Positions 19,028 through 28,580 of a DNA stretch of 64,000 nt are shown one piece after another. The stretch comes from an uncultured bacterium (GTDB lineage: Bacteria; JAGOEH01; CAYLKS01). The DNA lies in contig CAYLKS010000003.1 in NCBI GenBank assembly GCA_964384205.1, positions 12,337 to 76,336 on the forward strand, given 5' to 3'. A program made the position numbers and the translations under genes. The first letter of the stretch is position 1; the number at the start of each line of letters is the position of its first letter. The notes below the pieces were generated by a model. It searched no databases and was not told where the DNA came from. It saw only the letters and a program-made list of their open reading frames with translations.

Positions 19028-20182
19028 CTAAATAAGTTTGTTCTCCAATAAATTAATCCTAAAATTTAATAAAATATCTTGAAAATCTTTTTTAAAAACT
19101 GGATTATCAACAAAACCAAACAAATGTGAAAAATCATTTCTACAATCCGAAGAACCAAAACCTTCAATAGACCAATCGGAAATCGCTTGAATCTCATGTG
19201 ATAATTCTGATTCCAAATTATCACTATTTCTAATATGAAATATCTTTTCTACTTTACAATGCTCCCTAAAATAATCAATATGCCAAAACTTTTTCTTTCT
19301 AATCCTCAAATGCCTGTTAGTCCGTGCTGTCAAATTATTCATTGCAGAACCTACATAAATATAATAACCTTTGCTAAATTTTATATAGCCCAATTTCCCA
19401 ATTTTAATATTTTTATCTTTTTCCAGATGCAAAAGTAATAAATAAACTCCTTTATCTATAACAGCTTTCTTCAAATAATCAAGAGGTATTTTAACAGGCT
19501 TTGCATTTAAACAAAATTGAAGCTTTTCATTCCAGTAAATAGAATATGCCAAAATATTGATCCCCTCAAATGTCTTCAAAAACACATTTGCAAATTCGAA
19601 ATCTGTATGAAAATCAGGTAAAAAATACTCAATATCATACTTATTAATAATAAAAAGCACATATGTTTCATAATTTGTATTTTTATTTAAATAATATAAT
19701 TCCTCTAAATGCCTTGCCCCTCTTTTTGTAATAGCATCTGGAAACATGGCTATTTTTTTACCAAATAAAGTACATGACTTAACTTCCAACAAAATTTTCT
19801 TACCTTCTTTCTCAAGCAAAAAATCAAATCTGCTATTACCAACAGTAACTTCTCTCTTCAAAATTTTAGCTCCCACTAATTCATTTATAGAATTATTAAC
19901 AATCAATATTTCTGCTACTTTATTATTCAATATTGTATGTAATGAAACGATAACATCATCTTTTCTAACAGCCACAGCAATATATCGATATTTAGATGTT
20001 TTATTTTTTGAATACATTAAATAAATATCAACACCTTTTAGCAACAATTCCTGCAACCTTCCAGGATTAGGCATATATGCAAATAATCTATTTTTATCAA
20101 AAGTACATTCTAAAACAAATCTATTAATCCTTCTTACAAATTTAGCAATAATAAAATCATCAAAGATACTAATGAACTCCAT
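19028..20182 (-). CDS. sfsA: SfsA nuclease fused to a C-terminal GIY-YIG (DUF123-like) domain
   Basis: MPNPGRLQELL, SRFDFLL, LEVKSCTL, FPDAITKRGARHL; then KGVYLL...GYYIYVGSAM...R..RH...FWHIDY. Confidence 0.88.
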   Translation of the reverse strand: MEFISIFDDFIIAKFVRRINRFVLECTFDKNRLFAYMPNPGRLQELLLKGVDIYLMYSKNKTSKYRYIAVAVRKDDVIVSLHTILNNKVAEILIVNNSINELVGAKILKREVTVGNSRFDFLLEKEGKKILLEVKSCTLFGKKIAMFPDAITKRGARHLEELYYLNKNTNYETYVLFIINKYDIEYFLPDFHTDFEFANVFLKTFEGINILAYSIYWNEKLQFCLNAKPVKIPLDYLKKAVIDKGVYLLLLHLEKDKNIKIGKLGYIKFSKGYYIYVGSAMNNLTARTNRHLRIRKKKFWHIDYFREHCKVEKIFHIRNSDNLESELSHEIQAISDWSIEGFGSSDCRNDFSHLFGFVDNPVFKKDFQDILLNFRINLLENKLI

Positions 20183-21152
20183 AATAATCCTGTAAAATCT
20201 TTATCACTTTATCAAAAACCATCTCAGGTAATAATTTTTTCATACAATTAAAATGTTTTTTAGGACAACTACTCTGCCCATGCAATGTACAAGGAGAACA
20301 CTTTTCGTTTATAGTCAAAAAATTATTTTCTTTTATATCAGAGACAAAACCTAATGACGGATGAGTGGCGCCAAATAATGAAATAGTAGGAATTCCAAAT
20401 GAATAAGATATATGGGAAGCTCCTGAATCCATAGTAATCATTAAATTTTGCTTTTGGATCTCCTCAAAAAGTTCTTTTAAACTATTACCAGTAAATTTAT
20501 AATTTATCTGATCTCCAAAAATATTTTTCAGTTCTTTAATTATAAATTCTTCTTTATTACTATAAATAACAGAAATAAAAAAATCTTTCTCTATGAGAAG
20601 ATTAATTAAACTAACTAAATTTTCAATATTCCACATTTTTGTTAAATTACTTGCTCCGGGATGAATTCCAATTTTTATAACATTTTTATCCAACTCGAAA
20701 GGAATATTTCTTTTTAATTCTAATTTTGGATAATCAATATTTTCATAATCCCTAAAAACAGAAAAATATTGCTGATATACATAAAAATCCACCTTCTTTT
20801 TATGAAACATAATTTTATACTTTCGATATAAATGTTTTTTCTTATATGAATAAATTTTTTGCTTTACAAAAAATTTAAGTAAATTTGTCCTTAAATTATT
20901 ATGTATATCAAAAATATAATCAAATTTATTATTATCTATAAATTTCGCAAGCTCTCTTAGTGAACAGAAATCTTCCAAAAAAAGAAGCTCTAAATCAACA
21001 GGAAAAAATTGAAAAATATCTTTATAGAGCTTTTTTGTTAGAAAAAAAAATCTATAATCAGGAAATTTTTTTTTTATAAATTTAATAAAAGAAGAAGATA
21101 ATACAATATCGCCTAATGAACTAAATCTAATTACAAGAATTTTATTCTTCAT
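20169..21152 (-). CDS. Glycosyltransferase family 9 (heptosyltransferase-like)
   Basis: RFSSLGDIVL, HPGAS..TKMW, MDSGASH, LFGATHP, CSPCTLHG..CPKKHFNCM. Confidence 0.9.
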   Translation of the reverse strand: MKNKILVIRFSSLGDIVLSSSFIKFIKKKFPDYRFFFLTKKLYKDIFQFFPVDLELLFLEDFCSLRELAKFIDNNKFDYIFDIHNNLRTNLLKFFVKQKIYSYKKKHLYRKYKIMFHKKKVDFYVYQQYFSVFRDYENIDYPKLELKRNIPFELDKNVIKIGIHPGASNLTKMWNIENLVSLINLLIEKDFFISVIYSNKEEFIIKELKNIFGDQINYKFTGNSLKELFEEIQKQNLMITMDSGASHISYSFGIPTISLFGATHPSLGFVSDIKENNFLTINEKCSPCTLHGQSSCPKKHFNCMKKLLPEMVFDKVIKILQDYYGVH

Positions 21153-21795
21153 CTAATGTGCCAAAAATTCTATCACCAGCATCACCAAGTCCAGGCACAA
21201 TATAGCCTTTATCATTTAATCTTTCATCGAGAGCAGCAGCAAAAACAGGAACCTCTGGAAATTTGCTATGAATAGCATTAATTCCCTCAGGAGCAACAAT
21301 TATAGCAATAACTTTGATATTTTTAGCACCCATTGAATAAAGAATATCCAAAACTTTAACAATTGAACCACCAGTTGCAACCATTGGGTCAATAACTAAA
21401 AATCTCCTCCCGCTCACATTAGGAGAAATTTTCATATAATACTGCACAGGCTCTAATGTTTTTTCATTTCTATAAATACCAATATGCTCTACTTTAGCAT
21501 TTGGTAACATTTTCCACACACCTTCCACCATACCAAGTCCAGCCCTCAAAATTGGCACAATAGTAATTTTTTTCTCATCAACAAAATGAGCTTCAGATTC
21601 TGCAATAGGTGTATCAATCTTTTGAGAATATATAGGAATATCCCTTGTAGCCTCATAAGTTTCAATTATTGCTAATTCCTCAACAAGTTCTTTAAAAACC
21701 TTTTTATTTGTTGTTTTAAGTCGTAATTTTGATAACTTATGTTTTACCAAAGGATGTTCAATTATAAACAAATTTTTTTGAACTTCTTTGAACAT
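21142..21795 (-). CDS. upp: Uracil phosphoribosyltransferase
   Basis: HPLVKHKL, VPILRAGLGM, IDPMVATGGS, YIVPGLGDAGDRIFGT. Confidence 0.97.
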   Translation of the reverse strand: MFKEVQKNLFIIEHPLVKHKLSKLRLKTTNKKVFKELVEELAIIETYEATRDIPIYSQKIDTPIAESEAHFVDEKKITIVPILRAGLGMVEGVWKMLPNAKVEHIGIYRNEKTLEPVQYYMKISPNVSGRRFLVIDPMVATGGSIVKVLDILYSMGAKNIKVIAIIVAPEGINAIHSKFPEVPVFAAALDERLNDKGYIVPGLGDAGDRIFGTLDEE

Positions 21796-21807
21796 ATAAT
21801 CTCCATT

Positions 21808-22800
21808 CTATTCTGTTAATTCTCCAGCAATTGATTTTAAAAAATTTTTCTTTATTATCTCTACATTATCATATTGTCCCAATAGAAACATAATTTTAGT
21901 AATCACCGCCTCAAAAGTCATATCGCCAGCTGGTAACACCCCCAATTTCATAAACATATTTCCTGATTCATATAAAAAAGGTTCCACATACCCGGCTTTT
22001 GTCTCGCTCATTAAAATAACAATACGATTTTCATCAATCCATTGTTTTACTCGATCCAGTGTATTATACCCATTGATAGGCAATGTACCTGCTCCATAAG
22101 CAACTAAAACAATTGCTCTTACTCTTTTGGGAACTTCAATTTCCTCTATCTTGATACCGGGGAAAAACTTAATCACAGCAACATTATTATCAAATTTATC
22201 AAGAACATGAAAAAGCCCCTGTCTCTTCAATACATTATTCCAATAAATATTAATATCAATGCCAACCTCTGCAAGCAACGGATAATTTGGAGAAGAAAAG
22301 GCATCAAATAGATTAATATTAGATTTTATTGTCCTATTACCACGCATTAATTTATAGTTAAAAAAAATGGCAACTTCTTTAATATTAGAAGTTGCCAATT
22401 CTACAGCATTTATTAAATTCGATCTCGCATCAGTTCTAATCTCATATAATGGTTTTTGAGAACCTGTCAAAATCACAGGAACATGCAAATTAACTAACAT
22501 ATATGATAAAGCAGAAGCTGTATAAGCTAATGTATCAGTACCATGAGTTATCACAAATCCATCATAATCACTAATCTTTGTTTTAATTATATGGGCAATC
22601 TCCTGCCAATATTTAAAATGCATATCTGCACTATCTAATAAAAAAGGAATCTCGACGTCAATATTTGCAATCTCTTTTAATTCCGGAACAAATTTCTTTA
22701 TACTATCATAAAATAAATCAGGCTTTAACGCTCCTGTTTCTTTATCTTTTATCATACCGATTGTACCACCTGTATGAATAATAAGAATATTTTTGCTCAT
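21808..22800 (-). CDS. ansA: Type I L-asparaginase (start revised to ATG 22800)
   Basis: HTGGTIGM, HGTDTLAY, VILTGSQ, AFSSPN; the extra ORF-track N-terminus runs through the promoter. Confidence 0.95.
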   Translation of the reverse strand: MSKNILIIHTGGTIGMIKDKETGALKPDLFYDSIKKFVPELKEIANIDVEIPFLLDSADMHFKYWQEIAHIIKTKISDYDGFVITHGTDTLAYTASALSYMLVNLHVPVILTGSQKPLYEIRTDARSNLINAVELATSNIKEVAIFFNYKLMRGNRTIKSNINLFDAFSSPNYPLLAEVGIDINIYWNNVLKRQGLFHVLDKFDNNVAVIKFFPGIKIEEIEVPKRVRAIVLVAYGAGTLPINGYNTLDRVKQWIDENRIVILMSETKAGYVEPFLYESGNMFMKLGVLPAGDMTFEAVITKIMFLLGQYDNVEIIKKNFLKSIAGELTE

Positions 22801-22806
22801 ATTTCT

Positions 22807-22835
22807 ATAATATAATTTTTTTATAAAAAAGTCAA
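22807..22835 (-). promoter_or_regulatory. Sigma70-type promoter of ansA operon, probably leaderless
   Basis: TTGACT-17-TATTAT-6 nt-ATG; no SD. Confidence 0.7.
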
Positions 22836-22863
22836 TATTCAATTAAGAAATACAATTTTATGT

Positions 22864-22892
22864 AAAAAAAGGAAAGGGTTCTCACCCTCCCC
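22864..22892 (-). terminator. Intrinsic terminator after fadL-SGNH operon
   Basis: Minus strand GGGGAGGGT-GAGA-ACCCTTTCC followed by T7. Confidence 0.8.
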
Positions 22893-22928
22893 TTTAAAAT
22901 TAAAAATCTTTTTTTTAATTAAAAATCT

Positions 22929-24149
22929 TTATGAACCAGACATAGAATTTAAAATAACTTTTAAAAACTCTTTTTCAATATATTTATAGCCTCTATTATT
23001 AGGATGTACACCATCCAAACTAAAAGCTGTATTCTGCGGATCTAACAAAAAGAATTTTGCAGATAAGCCTTCTATCTTACCTTCTTCAAGATCTTTCATA
23101 AGTTGATGGATATCTACAAGAAATACTCTATTATTCGATGATGCTTTTTCCTCTAAATAAGAATTATAAGATTCAACAAGAGAATTAACCTGATCAACTT
23201 CTTCTTCTGTCAATGTAAAAAAACCAGGTAATTTTCTACCAGTACCACCTAACTGTTGAGGAATACCAACACCTATAAGAATTGAATCTAATGCTGAAAA
23301 TAAAATATATTTAACATTATCTTCTTCAGTTAAAAAAGAGATATTTCCAGCAACTGGTTGGAATGTCTCAGGATTAAAAATAACAGGTGGTATTGTTGTT
23401 ACAAAAGGAATTGATGCAATATCGGGGATATTAGCCACATAAATATTAGCATGTGTCTGATTAAGCAATGAATCAAAAATAGCATCCATCATACTTCTAT
23501 ATGAATCAACGGGAGTTACCGTAACTCCTTCAACAATGGTTCCTGATACAACTCCACCCAAAATATCATTATTACCAATCCATAATGTGATTAATGTAGG
23601 ATTTAACAAAATAGCTTGTTGAAGCGGTGTAGAATTTCCAAAATTCGGATTACGCAATATCATATCAAAATAAGGATTGTTTCCTGATTGTGAAGTAGCA
23701 GAATTTGTAGCATATAATAAATCTTTTGTAGTTGCTCCCGGAATACCTAAATTATTATAAGGCCTTGATAATAATTTATTACTCAACAAATCTTCAGGAT
23801 TAACAGTTAAAGGATCAGTTTTTATAGAAACTCCATCAAAATAATAGGGAGTTCTTAATTGCCCATTTATCATAGGTCCTATACCCGGGGTATCTATAAT
23901 AGGTTGCTGAAAATCTGAGATATTCAAATCTTTAGCAAGTAATGCAGGGTAACTATTTTCCTGCCAATCTTTTCTCATACCACCAGACTGATATCCAGCT
24001 GTTAGACTATTCCCCAATGCTACATAAGTAATAGGATAAGATTGCAACTGATATTCAGGAGCCTGTGGGGTATCAACAGAACACTGAATACTAAAAATTA
24101 CAAGTAAAATCAATCCTAATATATTCTTTAAATAAGTTTTTTTCATCAC
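22929..24149 (-). CDS. SGNH/GDSL hydrolase, predicted lipoprotein
   Basis: Lipobox-like FSIQC; blocks ALGNSLTAG, NLGIPGA, WIGNNDIL, DGVHPN. Confidence 0.88.
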   Translation of the reverse strand: MMKKTYLKNILGLILLVIFSIQCSVDTPQAPEYQLQSYPITYVALGNSLTAGYQSGGMRKDWQENSYPALLAKDLNISDFQQPIIDTPGIGPMINGQLRTPYYFDGVSIKTDPLTVNPEDLLSNKLLSRPYNNLGIPGATTKDLLYATNSATSQSGNNPYFDMILRNPNFGNSTPLQQAILLNPTLITLWIGNNDILGGVVSGTIVEGVTVTPVDSYRSMMDAIFDSLLNQTHANIYVANIPDIASIPFVTTIPPVIFNPETFQPVAGNISFLTEEDNVKYILFSALDSILIGVGIPQQLGGTGRKLPGFFTLTEEEVDQVNSLVESYNSYLEEKASSNNRVFLVDIHQLMKDLEEGKIEGLSAKFFLLDPQNTAFSLDGVHPNNRGYKYIEKEFLKVILNSMSGS

Positions 24150-24162
24150 CTAACACTCCTCA

Positions 24163-25428
24163 TTAAAAATTATAATTATATGATACACCAAAAATATCTA
24201 CATATGAATGATAAGCCGCATCTAATCCATCATATTGAGCTGGTTTGCCATTCTTCAAAGTATTTCTCTCACCAAAAATAACACTCATATAATTAAAACT
24301 TACACTCATATTTTTTGCAAATTTATATTCAATTCCAAAACTAAAATCATTTCTATTCCCATCTCCTAACAAAGGACTCATAGATTCTACAGGCTGAGGA
24401 GTTTGATCATACATATAACCAAACCTCAAAGTTACTAAATCTGTTAAAATATACTGACAACCTAACCTAATATTAAAAACATCGTTATAATTTTCTATAA
24501 CCTCAGTATCTATTGGATCCTTCTGAAAATCAATAACCAATTTATCGAAGCTTGACCATGTTACATAATTGAAAGAACCAGAAACAGTCAACTTATCAAA
24601 AACTTCATAAGCTAAACCAACTGACAATAATGATGGCAAGTCTATTTCTGTATTAACTTTCTGATCTCCATACATATTTTGTAAAATTCTACCAGCAACA
24701 TTATCAAAATAGAAAAACTTTGCATCTCCATCATCAAATTTTATATTTGCACCATGTCTATAAGAAAGCCCCACATTAAGTTTATCTATTTTATAAAATA
24801 TCCCAACATTAAAAGAAGGAACTATTCCTGATTGACCGGATAATTCTATTTTTCCAGCCTCAGAATTTAAATTGTGTGGATATAATGTAACATTCCTATC
24901 CAAATCAACAGACCCCTTAAATAAATCAATGCCTCCGCCAAAAGATAAATTATCTGTAATTTTATAGCTAACATCAAATGCAAAATCAAAAAATTCCAAA
25001 TTCACATAATAACATACAAATCTACCAATAAAAGTATCTTTATTTTTCCAATCCATTCCAAGACCAAAAGGATTAAATAGTCCCGCTCCTATACTCAATT
25101 TAGGATTGACTTTATAATTAAAATAAAAATGTATAGGATTAAAAATTTGACTTTCTGTTTCATTAATATCACCGCCTGGAATAGGCATTGCAGGTGCAAA
25201 TTTACTCTGAGGTAAAATCAGCTGAACCCCTGCCATTACACTATTAGAATTTAAAAAAGAAATTCCTGCTGGATTATAATATAAAATAGATACATCAATA
25301 GGAAAAGCTGTAATAGAATTTCCCAATGCTGTTGCCCCACTTCCCATTTCATATAATGCAAAACCTGCACCAAAAACATTAAACCGTATCATACACAAAA
25401 TCGTAACAAATAAGAAGAACTTTTTCAT
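24163..25428 (-). CDS. fadL: FadL/OmpP1 family outer-membrane transporter
   Basis: Signal peptide, then AGFALYEMG, YYNPAGI, NPFGLG, LRFGYMYDQTP; terminal Phe. Confidence 0.9.
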   Translation of the reverse strand: MKKFFLFVTILCMIRFNVFGAGFALYEMGSGATALGNSITAFPIDVSILYYNPAGISFLNSNSVMAGVQLILPQSKFAPAMPIPGGDINETESQIFNPIHFYFNYKVNPKLSIGAGLFNPFGLGMDWKNKDTFIGRFVCYYVNLEFFDFAFDVSYKITDNLSFGGGIDLFKGSVDLDRNVTLYPHNLNSEAGKIELSGQSGIVPSFNVGIFYKIDKLNVGLSYRHGANIKFDDGDAKFFYFDNVAGRILQNMYGDQKVNTEIDLPSLLSVGLAYEVFDKLTVSGSFNYVTWSSFDKLVIDFQKDPIDTEVIENYNDVFNIRLGCQYILTDLVTLRFGYMYDQTPQPVESMSPLLGDGNRNDFSFGIEYKFAKNMSVSFNYMSVIFGERNTLKNGKPAQYDGLDAAYHSYVDIFGVSYNYNF

Positions 25429-25469
25429 TTATCTCCTCCATTTAAAAATTAAAAATAATTCATATTAAT

Positions 25470-25607
25470 AATTTAATTTTTTTTAATTAAAAGTCAAGAA
25501 TTATATTTTTGATATTTTTTCAAATATTATAATTATTCCCATAAAAAATCTTTCAAATATAATTACATAAAAAAACTATTGATTTTTTTGCCCTATAAAT
25601 ATATCCT
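25470..25607. promoter_or_regulatory. Divergent sigma70-type promoters (fadL and 5'-nucleotidase)
   Basis: Minus TTGACT-16-TAAATT (25497-25470); plus TTGATT-17-TATCCT (25579-25607); both genes have GGAGG SDs. Confidence 0.55.
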
Positions 25608-25629
25608 TTAAAAAAAGGAGGAATTTACC

Positions 25630-27045
25630 ATGAAAAAAATATTACTAATATTTATTCTATTTATAACGACAATTTTTGCTGAAAAGATAAAAATATACCA
25701 CGTCAATGATATGCACGGTAATATATATAATTTCAGTAAAATAGCATATATTATAGAAAATGATACTACAAAAAATAAACTGCTTGTAAGTGCAGGAGAT
25801 CTTTTTAGTGGAAATCCCACAGTAGATATATATAATCCCAAAGGTTACCCAATGATAGATCTAATGAACAAACTAAATTTTCTCTATAGTGTAATTGGAA
25901 ATCATGAATTTGATTATGGGCAAAAAATATTAATAGACAGAATCAAGCAAGCTAAGTTTAAATTTTTATGCGCAAATTTTTCTCCTTCAAATGAACTAAA
26001 GGATTTGGTAAAAGATTATAATATTTATACAACCCCTGAGGGAATTAAAATTGCATTTTTAGGATTAATTGAAACCAGTAATAATGGAATACCATCAACC
26101 ATGCCACAAAAAGTCAAAGGCATAAAATTCAAAAACGCCCTAAATATTGCCAAAAAGTATAAATTTTTAAAAGATAGTAGCGATATTTTTATTGTTCTTT
26201 CCCATCTTGGTAGTGAATACGATTTTAAATTAGCTAAAATAATGCCCGAAATTGATATAATAATCGGTGGTCATTCTCATGAAATCATAAACACAGAATA
26301 TAACAATGTATTAATTGTTCAAGCAAAATCTTATTTAAGATATCTCGGGGAAATTACTATAGAATATGATAAAGAAAAGAAAAAAATTATTTCAAAAAAA
26401 GAAAAATTAATAAGATTATCAAAAATAAAAAAATATGATAAAAAACTAAAAAAGCTAATTAATAAATACGAAAACAATCCTATACTAAAAGAAGTCATTG
26501 GCTATTCAGTAGCAAAAATTGAAGGTAAATCTAAATTAGGTGCATTAATGACAGATGCATATAAATTTGCTACTAAAGCTGATATTGCATTTCAAAATAA
26601 CGGCGGTATTAGAATCCACCAGATCCCAAAAGGAAAAATAATATTAAAACAAATTTATAAATTAGATCCATTTATGAATAAACTAATTACATATCAAATG
26701 AATATAAAAGATATTAAAAGCCTTATAAAATATTCCATAGAACACCATGGTAACAATATTGATCTGCAGGTATCAGGTATGATGTATGAAGTTACCTTTA
26801 ACCCCAAAGAACAAATACAAAATATTAATCTATATGATACTAATAAAAAACTTTTAAAAAACAATAAATTATATAACGTAGCTCTCAATAGTTATTTAGC
26901 AGATGCCTATAAATTTACATACCAAAAAGTAATTAAAAAATATGATATGACAACAGAAGAAGCTATTATAAATTACATAAAAAGTAAAAAAGAAATTAAT
27001 TATTCAGATATAAAACCGAGAATTATTGCTATTTATCAAAAATGA
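25630..27045 (+). CDS. Secreted bifunctional metallophosphatase/5'-nucleotidase
   Basis: Signal peptide; HVNDMHG, SAGD, GNHEFDYG, SHLG, GGHSH; C-terminal NNGGIR domain. Confidence 0.92.
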   Translation: MKKILLIFILFITTIFAEKIKIYHVNDMHGNIYNFSKIAYIIENDTTKNKLLVSAGDLFSGNPTVDIYNPKGYPMIDLMNKLNFLYSVIGNHEFDYGQKILIDRIKQAKFKFLCANFSPSNELKDLVKDYNIYTTPEGIKIAFLGLIETSNNGIPSTMPQKVKGIKFKNALNIAKKYKFLKDSSDIFIVLSHLGSEYDFKLAKIMPEIDIIIGGHSHEIINTEYNNVLIVQAKSYLRYLGEITIEYDKEKKKIISKKEKLIRLSKIKKYDKKLKKLINKYENNPILKEVIGYSVAKIEGKSKLGALMTDAYKFATKADIAFQNNGGIRIHQIPKGKIILKQIYKLDPFMNKLITYQMNIKDIKSLIKYSIEHHGNNIDLQVSGMMYEVTFNPKEQIQNINLYDTNKKLLKNNKLYNVALNSYLADAYKFTYQKVIKKYDMTTEEAIINYIKSKKEINYSDIKPRIIAIYQK

Positions 27046-28286
27046 TTATTGTTTTTTAAAATTACAGCAAATGCCCCATTGATATTATCTCTAAAAGGAT
27101 AAGAATAAAAAAATCCATTGTGATAAAATTTTAATAACTCTTTTGTTTTTATATTATTTAAATGAACAATTTCTACCTCTTTATGCTGTTTTACAAACTC
27201 ATTAATTAATAATTCATTTTCCTCTGGTTCCAATGTACAAGTAGAATAAAGAATATATTTCGAAAAATTTAAAGCATTTTCTAAAAGAGAATATTGTATA
27301 TTTTTTAAAGAATTGATTTTTTCAAAAGAGATATTCCACCTGATATCTCCCTTTTTATTAATCACTCCTGTACCACTACATGGTACATCTAACAAAACTA
27401 AATCAAATATTTTTCTAAAATAAATTTCTCGCGCATCAGAAATAAGTAATTTTATATTATCAATACTAAGCCTCTCTATATTATCTTTTATCAATCCTAT
27501 TTTCTTCAAAGAAACATCATTAGATATAACAAAATATCCACTCTGAGATAAGGCAATGCTCTTACCACCAGGAGAAGCACACAAATCAACAATATTTTTT
27601 ATCTCTGAAATATAATCAACTAATTTTGTAACAAAATATGCTGACGGATCTTGAACCCAAAATAGACCATCTTTAAAGCCAGGAACTCCTGATATTTTAT
27701 ACTTCCCTTCTAATCTTATAATCTCAGGGAAATCATCATAAATAATAGAAAAATTTATATTATCTTTTTTTAACAAATCAATAACTCCTTTAATTTTATT
27801 ATTTTTTATTATTATATAATTATAAGAATGACTATTATTAAATTTCATTAAATTTTTAGTGTTTTCTAAACCAAAATTTTTTATCCATTTTTCTACAAGC
27901 CAATCAGGATGAGAATAAAATTGGGCCAATGTAGCTTTTCGTTTAAAATCTTCTAATATTTTTCCCTTATTTTTAATAACTCTGGATAAGACAGCATGCA
28001 ATATTTTTGAATAAAATTTAAATTTAGATTTTTTGACAAAATTTATAGCATTATTTATAGTAAAAGCATCAATATTATTTGAAAAAAAGAAAATTTCAGA
28101 AAAAGCTACATAAAAAACCGATTTAATTAATTTGGGTAATTCCTTTTTTTGCTTCAAATAACTATTAAGAATATAATCAAAAAATCTATAATTTTCAAAA
28201 ATTTGTTGCAATAACCTTGTATCAGAATAAACATCATTATTCTTTAAAACATTAAATATTAAATATACTTTCTTCTCAAACTTCAT
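27036..28286 (-). CDS. rsmB: 16S rRNA m5C967 methyltransferase RsmB/Sun family
   Basis: NusB-like N-terminus, YSHPDWL, VQDPSA, DLCASPGGKS, DVPCSGTG, YSTCTLEPEENE. Confidence 0.9.
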   Translation of the reverse strand: MKFEKKVYLIFNVLKNNDVYSDTRLLQQIFENYRFFDYILNSYLKQKKELPKLIKSVFYVAFSEIFFFSNNIDAFTINNAINFVKKSKFKFYSKILHAVLSRVIKNKGKILEDFKRKATLAQFYSHPDWLVEKWIKNFGLENTKNLMKFNNSHSYNYIIIKNNKIKGVIDLLKKDNINFSIIYDDFPEIIRLEGKYKISGVPGFKDGLFWVQDPSAYFVTKLVDYISEIKNIVDLCASPGGKSIALSQSGYFVISNDVSLKKIGLIKDNIERLSIDNIKLLISDAREIYFRKIFDLVLLDVPCSGTGVINKKGDIRWNISFEKINSLKNIQYSLLENALNFSKYILYSTCTLEPEENELLINEFVKQHKEVEIVHLNNIKTKELLKFYHNGFFYSYPFRDNINGAFAVILKNNNHF

Positions 28287-28317
28287 ATACACAAAATATA
28301 ATAAAATACAATAAAAG

Positions 28318-28430
28318 CAATAAAAATATTTGCGGTTCTCTGGGAAAGAACCGCAAAATATTTATGGGAGGAGGGAGTCAATGTTCCTAAATTTAAATAA
28401 TATTAAATTAAAAAATAACTTTTCTTTCAA
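28318..28430 (-). ncRNA. Candidate small RNA with C-rich anti-SD-like tract (copy 2)
   Basis: Minus strand TTGACTCCCTCCTCCC (28381-28366), then an 11-bp stem TTTGCGGTTCT/AGAACCGCAAA with 7-nt loop TTCCCAG and a T-rich tail; weak promoter TTGATT-16-TATAAA at 28463-28436. Confidence 0.4.
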
Positions 28431-28580
28431 TAATATTTATATATAATTTGTAAAAAAAATCAAGTATTTTTTTATTTTTTTTTAATTTTTTTTGATTTTT
28501 TAATTTTTTCGTATTCTTTCTATATGAAAATTATATATTACTATAAATAAAATAAAACAAATAACTCTTTATTTCCTTGT

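Noticed and set aside
25518-25560. TTTCAAATAT repeated 33 nt apart between divergent promoters
   Set aside because: Low information content at this base composition.
28381-28446. Plus-strand 21-codon micro-ORF after GGAGGAGGGAG
   Set aside because: Low-complexity N/K/I/F peptide with no hydrophobic toxin-like helix; kept only as an alternative reading of the sRNA candidate.
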